Shown here: positions 55,460-64,000 of the stretch, in pieces
Numbering within the stretch: the first letter of the stretch is position 1
Layout: every line of letters begins with the position of its first letter
NCBI RefSeq assembly: GCF_006345805.1
Contig: NC_043006.1
Span: 44,702,001-44,766,000 of the forward strand
From: Octopus sinensis
Taxonomy: Eukaryota
Reading direction: 5' to 3'
DNA: 64,000 nucleotides
Translations under genes and position numbers: made by a program
The notes under the pieces: generated by a model
The model's input: the letters and a program-made list of their open reading frames with translations, nothing else
Told to the model about the DNA's origin: nothing
Database searches by the model: none

Positions 55460-55496
55460 TGTTTCTGAAGAAGAGCTTTGCTCGAAACGTAAAACA
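55460..55496 (+). ncRNA. Candidate minimal type I hammerhead ribozyme (Penelope pLTR type)
   Basis: TGTTT-CTGAAGA-A-GAGC-TTT-GCTC-GAAA-CG-TA-AAACA: stem I 5 bp, intact core, stem II 4 bp, palindromic ACGT stem III, GUA triplet. Confidence 0.55.
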
Positions 55497-56349
55497 ACCT
55501 TTCTTTCCTTCCCTGAGCATCTTTTAATACTTTGCATGTACCACATCCTCTCATTGTTTTTTGCTTGTGTTTTTCTTCAGGCGCAAAACAGATATCATAA
55601 CTAACTAAAGAAATTGAATAATAGAAGAAACGCGAGAAAACTGAGAAGGCAGCATATAAAAAACACAGACAGTAAACAACGGAAAACGAAAACCAGAAAC
55701 TAAAATGTCAAATATAAAAAGTAGAAGGTAAGAAGGTAAAAGAGCTATCCTCCTTAGACCTTAAATGATAAGGCTGGAAAGATATCAAGTCAGTCAGGAA
55801 TAGTCAGAATTTTCCAATTCTTCAGAATATATTTCTACATATGCATGCAACCACTGAAAATTTCTGACCTGGAGTTCAATAGAGAGTTAGGGATCTTAGA
55901 TCTAAGCAGGGTCTGCGCTCTTTCAGCAAACTAAAGTCTACATTTATTCGATCCATTCACATAAGGTATGGATTTCTGAATTACTTTACATTTAATCACA
56001 TGCAGTGTTTCGTTATCTTTTAAAATCCATACATGACTAGCCAACTAAATTGCTTTACTTTTTATTCTTGACATTTTAGTTTAAATTTTTCGGTTTCCAT
56101 TGTTTACTTTCTGCATTTTCTATATGCCACCTTCTCAGTTTTTTTTTGTGTCTCTTCTATAGTTCAATTTCTTTAGTTGCTATATGTGGTTTGCGCATGA
56201 ATAATGTTTGACTTCTCTCAACATATGAAACTATTAGTAGTGCTTTAATACACGTATTGTGGCCTTTAGATAAATAATATTTGTCTCTCACCAGAGGGAA
56301 TACTTTTTTTGTTGATCTCTCTATCATGGAACAATACATTATATATATA

Positions 56350-58470
56350 TCATCATCATCATCATCATCGTTTAGTGTCCGTTTTCCATGCTAGCATGGG
56401 TTGGACGGTTCTACTGGGGTCTGGGAAAGGCTTCATCAGGCCCAGTCAAATCTGGCAGTGTTTCTACGGCTGGATGCCCTTCCTAACGCCAACCACTCCG
56501 TGAGTGTAGTGGGTGCTTTTTACGTGCCACCCGCACAGGTGCCAGACAGAGCTGGCAAACGGCCACGAACGGATGGTGCTTTTTATGTGCCACCGGCACG
56601 AGGGCCAGGCGAGGCTGGCAACGGACACGAACGGATGGTGCTTTTTACGTGCCACCGGCACGAGGCCAGTCGGGGCGGCGCTGGCAACGGTCGCGAAACG
56701 GAAGGTTCTCTTACATGCCACCGGCACTGGTAACACATCTGCAATTTCCATTGATCGATTTCGATTCTGATCCTCACTTGCCTCAACAGGTCTTCACAAG
56801 TAGAGTTTTGTGTCCCAAGAAGGGAAGGTATGCATACGTAGGCTGGCTCCATCCCATGTAGAAGGCCACGGGTTATGGACTCACTTGTCCTGCCGGGTCT
56901 TCTCGTGCACAGCACACTTCCAGAGGTCTCGGTCTCTAGTCATTTCCTCAGTGAGACCTAAAGTTCGAAGGTCGTGCTTCACCACCTCGTCCCAGGTTTT
57001 CCTGGGTCTGCCTCTTCCGCAGGTTCCCTCAACCGCTAGGGTGTGGCACTTTTTCACACAACTATCTTCATCCATTCTCGCCACATGACCATACCAGCGC
57101 AAACGTCTCTCTTGCACACCACAACTGATGCTTGTTAGGTCCAGCTTTTCTCTCAAGGTACTTACACTCTGCCGAGTATGAGTACTGACATTACACATCC
57201 ATCGGAGCATACTGGCTTCATTTCTTGCGAGCGTACGCATATCCTCAGCAGTCACGGCCCATGTTTCACTGCCATGTAGCATGGCTGTTCGTACACACGC
57301 ATCATACAGTCTGCCTTTCACTCTGTGCGAGAGGCCTTTTGTCACCAGCAGAGGTAAGAGCTCTCTGAACTTTGCCAAGCTATTCTTACTCTAGCAGTTA
57401 CACTTTCAGCACACCCGCCCCCGCTGCTGACTTGGTCACCTAGGTAACGGAAACTATCAACTATTTCTAGTTTTTCTCCCTGGAAAGTGACGGAAGTTGG
57501 TCTCAGAGCATTTTCAGTGTTTATTGTTCCTGAGCATCTGCCACATACAAAAACATCTCTTCCTAGTTTGACATGCCTTGCTGACATTGCTGCTGCACTC
57601 TTATGTGTCCATAGCTTACACTTGGTGCATCTTATAGAGTTTCTACCTACACCTTTTCTACAGATCGAGCAGGGCCATCTACCTGAAGGCGTTGTGATTT
57701 GTCTACCTTCCTACTGATTACGACTTTGGTTTTAGCTAGATTGACTCTGAGGCCCTTCGATTCTAATCCTTGTTTCCACACCTGAAACTTCTCCTCCAGT
57801 TCTGATAGCGACTCAGCAATTAGAGCAAGGTCGTCAGCATAGAGGAGCTCCCAAGGGCATCCTGTCTTGAATTCCTCCGTTATTGCCTGGAGGACTATGA
57901 TAAATAGGAGGGGGCTGAGGACTGAGCCTTGGTGGACCCCTACCTCTACCCGGAATTCTTCACTGTACTCGTTGCCAACCATCACCTTACTAGCAGCGTC
58001 CCTATACATTGCCCGCACAGCTCTCACTAACCATTCATCTATCTCTAGTTTCCTCATTGACCACCAGATAAGGGATCGGGGGACCCCGTCGAAGCTTTCT
58101 CTCCATGTCAACAAAAGCCAGGTACAGGGGCTTATCTTTGGCTAGGTATTTCTCCTGCAGTTGCCTTACCAGGAATATAGCATCAGTAGTACTTTTCCCT
58201 GGCACAAACCCAACTGCATCTCATCTAACTAACTCTCTCTCTAATTAGTTGGGCTATGACCCTCTCCGTAACCTTCATCACCTGATCCAACAGCTTGATA
58301 CCTCTGTAGTTATTTGTATCTAGGGCGTCACCTTTACCTTTGTAGCAGTTGACTATTATGCTGCTACACCAGTCATTGGGTATGACTCCTTTGTGTATCA
58401 CCTGATTAACTATACGGGTGACTAGGCTATAGGCGACACTACCAGATATTTTGAGCATATATATATACTT
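56350..58470 (-). mobile_element. 5'-truncated RTE-clade LINE with frameshifted RT
   Basis: NYRGIKLL, KSTTDAIF, LAFVDMEKAFD, GVHQGSVLSPLLF, LLYADDL, FRYLG and RRLRWYGHVARM, plus 3' UTR and (GAT)n tail. Confidence 0.92.
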
Positions 58471-58812
58471 GAGATTTACAGAAAAAACTAAAGATGAAGA
58501 CAGGTGTATGAACAACAAGAAGGTGTACTAGTTTCACACCCGGGAAAGTGAAAACGTCTTTTATGTTTCGAGCCTATAACATATTATATGTGGGTGGTAA
58601 GTACCAGAAAATGTTTTCACGGTCCACAGAATGTTGTGCATGTTGTTTGTGCTTGATGAATATGTTTGAGGTATTTCTCAACATATGAGACTATTTATAG
58701 CACATAAAAATATGTATTGTGCCTATCAAATAATTATTACATACATACTTATATATTGTATAGTATGTAGTATATATATATTATTATATATATATATATA
58801 TATTATATTATA

Positions 58813-58850
<38 letters not shown>

Positions 58851-58853
58851 ATC

Positions 58854-58884
<31 letters not shown>

Positions 58885-58888
58885 TATA

Positions 58889-58946
<58 letters not shown>

Positions 58947-58978
58947 CATACCTATACATATATATAATATATATATAC

Positions 58979-59044
<66 letters not shown>

Positions 59045-59125
59045 CATACATAATATATATATATTATATATATACATATTATATATATATATCTACATAC
59101 ATAGATATATATATATATACATACA

Positions 59126-59199
<74 letters not shown>

Positions 59200-59290
59200 T
59201 ATATATGCATATAGATATATATACATATATTATATACAAGTGTAGGAAGAAATGGAGCTGAACGAAGATTTAACAAAATTCCTTTTTATT

Positions 59291-59376
59291 ATTTTCTACA
59301 TATGTTTCGAAGGCTGCAAATTCCCTAATTCGGATTGAATAAGGAGTCCATTTGGCAGCCTTCTCTTCAGGAAAAT
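59291..59376 (-). ncRNA. Type I hammerhead ribozyme with palindromic stem III (canonical core)
   Basis: Minus strand: AUUUUC-CUGAAGA-GAAGGCUGC-(37 nt)-GCAGCCUUC-GAAA-CAUAUG-UA-GAAAAU. Stem I 6 bp, stem II 9 bp with G10.1-C11.1, GUA triplet; predicted cleavage 3' of position 59297. Confidence 0.8.
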
Positions 59377-59570
59377 CAGGAACTTAATTCTCCAACAAAA
59401 TGCACAGCAAGCTTTTCGACAAACGCTCACGAGGAGCCCATGAAATAAATGGCACAAACTGTCTATCTATACGCATATAGATAGACAGTTTGTGCCATTT
59501 ATTTCATGGGCTCCTTGTGAGCATTTGTCGAAAAGCTTGCTGTGCATTTTGTTGGAGAATTAAGTTCCTG

Positions 59571-59656
59571 ATTTTCCTGAAGAGAAGGCTGCCAAATGGA
59601 CTCCTTATTCAATCCGAATTAGGGACTTTGCAGCCTTCGAAACATATATAGAAAAT
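59571..59656 (+). ncRNA. Mirror hammerhead copy with stem III G>A substitution
   Basis: ATTTTC-CTGAAGA-GAAGGCTGC...GCAGCCTTC-GAAA-CATATA-TA-GAAAAT: C15.2-A16.2 mismatch, AUA triplet. Confidence 0.65.
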
Positions 59657-60024
59657 AATAAAAAGGAATTTTGTTAAATCTTCGTTCAGCTCCATTTCTT
59701 CCTACACTTAATATATAAAACTTCAAATTTCCGCACTAAGGCACGGATTTTATGCCCCATGGTCGTAACTTCAACCGTGCTTTTTTCTCTGTTGTGATTT
59801 TGCTACCCAGGTATCGGTTATCATTTGAATTATCCGTAAAAGATAATTCATTTATCTACTTCATAAACTATATATATATACATATATTATACATATATAT
59901 ATACATACATATATATACATACAATATTATATATATATATATATATATAATATATATATTATATATATACATACATATATATTACATACATATATATATA
60001 TATACACATACATATATATATATA

Positions 60025-60139
<115 letters not shown>

Positions 60140-60156
60140 TTTATATATATATATAT

Positions 60157-61400
60157 AACGGGAAGCTTTATGAAAATAGACAAATGACGAAGGCAGGTTT
60201 ACGGAAATAAACAAAAGACGAGGCAGGTGGAATACAAACAAACAATTGTATTAGTATGGCGCTCAGGAAATATAAATAAAACAAGTCTTTAACGTTTCGA
60301 GCCTACACTCTTCAACAGAAAGATACACAGAGAAAAAAGCACAGAAAGAAGGAGAGAAAAAAATATGCGTGCAGAGGCTAGCGAATCAACATGGCGATCT
60401 GATTTCGGCCAGAAGTCAAAGATCAAACATGAGACGCAAGAGCGAAATTAGGGGAGATAATAGGGTTGAACGACCTCGCTCCAACATAAGAGTGTGTGTG
60501 TGTGTATGAGAAGAGTGTGTGTGTGTGTGTATGAGAGAGTATTAGTGCGTATGAGAGGTCTGGACGTGTGTATGTATATATGATGTGATGTGTAAAGTCG
60601 TATGGTGTAGTGTAGAGAGAGGAGATGAGGGAAGAGGGGGGAGGTAAGGGGGGAGAGGGGGGAAAAGAAAAGGGGAGAAGAGGGGAGAAGGAAAGGGGAG
60701 AAGAGGAGGGGGAAGGGGAAGGAGGAGAGGAGAAGAGGAGGGGGAGAAGGAAGGAGAGGAAAGAGGAGGGGAGAGGAGAGGGAGGATAGAGGGAGAGAGA
60801 GAGAGAAGGGGAGTGAGGGAGCAGAGAGAAAGAGGGAAGGGGAAGAGGAAGAAGGAGGGAGGGAGAAAGAGGGAAGAAGGGAAGAGGGAGTAGGGGAAAG
60901 GATGAAGGACTGAAGAGAAGTAGGGGTCGGGGGGGAGGTTAGATGAGGAGGGGGAGAGGGGGGTTAGATTAGGAGGGGGGGGAGAGTTGAGACCAAATGG
61001 CGTATAAGAGCGAAGAGAGAAGATTAATAACCCCTGTTCACGGCGCAAACGGGAATCCGGATGGCCTCTGTGTAAGGACAAACCGAACACAGACAGGTGT
61101 TGCAAGGAGTGACCGGTGGAGCGGAAATGGCGTGAGACCGGTGTGTCGTTCGCAAGGCGGATGTCACAAAGGTGTTCCGCGAACCGGTCAGCCAAGCGGC
61201 GTCCCGTTTGTCCGATGTACAGGGAACGGCAGAGAGAGCAAGAGACGCAATAGATTATATTGCTGGAGGTGCGGCAACGTGGGCGGGAGCAGGGGAACGA
61301 GCCAGATTGGGAGGTAGGGTCAGGAAGGAGCTATGGACCAAAAGTCTCGAAGGTTATGGGCTCATTTGAAAGAGGGGAGGGGTCGGTTAGGGAAGAGGTG
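60157..61400 (-). mobile_element. Penelope-like element 3' remnant (GIY-YIG endonuclease + pLTR)
   Basis: Minus-strand translation PCSRPRCRTSSNIIYCVSCSLCRSLYIGQTGRRLADRFAEHLCDIR...VSRHF...RLRRE...PFGLN. LRDLLVHS-like motif upstream (frameshifted). CT-rich expansion, then a hammerhead-bearing repeat ending at (TA)n. Confidence 0.85.
60286..60323 (-). ncRNA. Candidate minimal hammerhead variant in the Penelope pLTR
   Basis: UCUUU-CUGUUGA-A-GAGU-GUAG-GCUC-GAAA-CG-UU-AAAGA. A6 replaced by U; GUU triplet. Confidence 0.45.
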
Positions 61401-61438
61401 TGAAGTGGATGGGTCGGACTGGAGATGACGGAAAGCTC

Positions 61439-61500
<62 letters not shown>

Positions 61501-61503
61501 CAT

Positions 61504-61550
<47 letters not shown>

Positions 61551-61787
61551 CATACATACATATATTATATTATATATATATATATATACATATACATACA
61601 TACATATATATATATATACATACATACATATATATATTATATACATACATACATATATATATATTACATACATATACATATATATATAATACATATATAT
61701 ATATATATACATACATACATATATATATATACATACATGCATACATATATATATATATATATATACATACATGCATATATATATATT

Positions 61788-61839
<52 letters not shown>

Positions 61840-62041
61840 ATCCAAGGATCGAAGTGAAGGAAGGAAGTTAGCTTTGAGCAATCCGTAGTAAATATAAACA
61901 ACTTTCAAGGACAATAGTTTTTATTGAGATGGAAGGTAGTGGATTTTTTCGTATTGAAGTGCGATAAACTGAAAAAAAGTTTTTTTTTATATTTCACGCT
62001 AGGTGACCTGGGTTGCCGAGTGTGTGAATAAGAATACATGT

Positions 62042-62293
62042 GTTAAGGAATGGAGTAGATAAGATTCGGGCTACATATGTTTCATAGCGAGCGCAACCCC
62101 GGAAGTGATAAATATCCAGAATGATTGAATCTTCCGTGTGTTAACATGTATCTCCTTGCAACAATGTAAACTTTCATTTAATCATAATATCCTTGGCCTA
62201 AAGAGTAACCTGCGCTTGGATATTTACAACTTCCAAGGTTTCGCTTGCTATGAAACGCACGTAGCCCAGATCTTATCTACTCCATTCTTTAAC
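62042..62293. repeat. Diverged inverted repeat with outward-facing degenerate hammerhead motifs
   Basis: GTTAAGGAATGGAGTAGATAAGAT...ATCTTATCTACTCCATTCTTTAAC; both arms contain GAAA-C(ATAT/GCAC)G-TA-GCCC. Confidence 0.8.
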
Positions 62294-62326
62294 TCTTGGA
62301 TATATATATATAATCTGAATATATAG

Positions 62327-62700
62327 TATTATATATCCATCACGGCTGATTTTGCCAATCGGTTTCGCACAAGGAATATAATGGAGTGTTAGGTAACAAT
62401 TCGATTGTATAATCTTATGCTCATCCGATATGTTAACCAATATGGAAGGGAATATAACGACTGCTCTCTATTGTTGGAGGTGGATTAACATCTACTCATT
62501 ATTATTGGAGCAACAGGATACATATCTCATTATTATTCGAACAACAGGATAATCCACCTCTGAGAGCAATAGCCATATTCCCTTCCATATCGGTTAACTC
62601 GGATGAGTGTAAGGTTATATAATTGGATTGTTACCTAACACTCCATTGTATTCTTTGCACGAAACCGATTGGCAAGCTCAGGTGTGATGGATATATAATA
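62327..62700. repeat. Diverged inverted repeat (about 150-bp arms) with hammerhead-like cores
   Basis: Left 62327-62480 is the reverse complement of right 62551-62700 (roughly 85% by eye). Each arm has CGGATGA-stem-GAAA-CCGATTGG-CA. Confidence 0.85.
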
Positions 62701-62814
62701 CTATTAATACTATATATTTCGAACAATATACCCACTCTATTGACAGATGTACGAGAGCATCTTTTCCTTGATTTATGGTCTCATAGACGACTCACGTATG
62801 TATGTATATATAGG

Positions 62815-62970
62815 AGGACGCACGGTCTAGTGATTAGGATGTTACACTCACGATCGCGAGATTGTGGCTTCAATTTCAAGACAGGATGATGTGTTGTGTT
62901 CTTGAGCAAAGCACTTCATCTCATGTTGCTCTGCGATCACTTCGACACCTGATGCGTAGTACACAGTGCC
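62815..62970 (+). mobile_element. tRNA-derived SINE remnant
   Basis: GGTCTAGTGATTAGG...GGCTTCAATTTC...GTGTTCTTGAGCAAAGCACTTCAT, related to family D. Confidence 0.6.
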
Positions 62971-63153
62971 CTTGTTCAAGGAACGTCGATTTGATGGAGA
63001 GAGTGAGCTAATATATCGCACATACATTTTATTACTATAAACAAATCATTTGTGCAGGCCCGATCAGCAAAAAAGCTTAATAACACTTGTACGTCGTCTT
63101 CAACGGGAGAATCTTTCATATATATAATATATAATATATATAATATATATATA

Positions 63154-63398
63154 ATATGTAAATAATTAAGAGACAAAAACCTCTATTAAATAACTCAATT
63201 AATAGTGAAAGATATTATCTGTAATAAATCATATAGAATATATTATTCCCAAAATCACTAAATTAAATAAACATTTAATTTAGTGATTTTCAGAATAATA
63301 TTTATTATATATACGTTTCTATATGATTTATTATAGATAATATCTTTCACTATTAATTGAATTACCTAATAGAGGTTTTGTCTTAATTATTTACATAT
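63154..63398. repeat. AT-rich fold-back repeat (about 120-bp arms, asymmetric bulge)
   Basis: ATATGTAAATAATTAAGAGACAAAAACCTCTATTA...TAATAGAGGTTTTGTCTTAATTATTTACATAT, with inner stem AAAATCACTAAATTAAAT/ATTTAATTTAGTGATTTT. Confidence 0.88.
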
Positions 63399-63739
63399 AT
63401 TTGTGAAATTTGATTTAGTATTGCTAAATTGAATTTTTCCCTGTAGTTTGGAATTTTATATTCCTTACTATTAATTATATATATATTATAATATATCTAT
63501 ATATATATATATATAATATATATATATATAATTATATATATATATATAATATATACATATACATACATAGTTGACAAAAATCATCTGACAGTAAATCAAA
63601 ATCCATAAATACTGTATTGATTCGAGTGGGAAATGTGTCACTGAAGGACTTCAATTTGAACAATTTTCATGATGTTTCATATTTATATGCTTTTATTAAA
63701 TTCATTCAGTTGTTAGGCATAAATAAATCTTGGAATTAA

Positions 63740-63787
63740 GTGCATCGGATGTCAAGCAATGGTGGGAGGACAAACACAGACACATAA

Positions 63788-63866
<79 letters not shown>

Positions 63867-64000
63867 GATATAAACTACGGGCTTTCAGTTTCTGCCAACC
63901 AATTCCACTCTCAAGGCTTTGGTCTGCTTGTGGGTATAATAGAAAGTGCCACACAATGGGACTGAGCCCAGAATTATGTGGTTGGGAAGCAAGTTTCTTA
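63740..64000 (-). mobile_element. Family A SINE (minus) with expanded (CA)n, runs off the window end
   Basis: Reverse complement of the family A head and body. Confidence 0.72.

Larger units (their letters stand above)
59238..59709. repeat. 472-bp near-perfect palindrome (234-bp arms, 4-nt loop CGCA, 4 mismatches)
   Basis: Arms 59238-59471 and 59476-59709 compared by eye; (TA)n-rich flank on the left. Confidence 0.95.

Noticed and set aside
55581-55727. Plus-strand exon-like segment (ttcttcag|...ATG TCA AAT...AAG|gtaag)
   Set aside because: Lies in one arm of a diverged inverted repeat, and no downstream plus-strand exons were found.
60542-60985. Pro/Ser/Leu-rich C-terminal extension of ORF 60542-61195
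   Set aside because: Translation of a CT/GA-rich expansion after the natural GIY-YIG end (PFGLN).

Overview
AT-rich, microsatellite- and repeat-dense animal DNA. The tRNA-derived SINE families, RTE 3' ends and (TA)n/(CA)n/(AAT)n load suggest an octopus genome (inferred from recognition, not from a search). One host gene is supported: a spliced minus-strand gene with 12 coding exons (47621 to 18930, all GT-AG, phases consistent, 2805 nt, 934 aa plus stop, start exon not found). It encodes an intact dynamin-like GTPase (GETGSGKS, DTPG, NKWE), a long helical stalk and a C-terminal protein kinase, resembling DSTYK in architecture. The rest is mobile DNA: a near-full-length Tx1-clade LINE flanked by (TATC)n, followed by two rearranged Tx1 fragments; RTE, R4/Dong-like (RLE) and CR1-like LINE remnants; many SINEs; mariner, Tc1 and hAT MITEs; and a Penelope-like (GIY-YIG) remnant. 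The most striking unexplained structure lies at 50-63.5 kb. This is a cluster of long fold-back palindromes, several carrying hammerhead-ribozyme motifs, including a 472-bp, about 98% perfect palindrome (59238-59709) with a canonical type I hammerhead in one arm and a point-mutant copy in the other.
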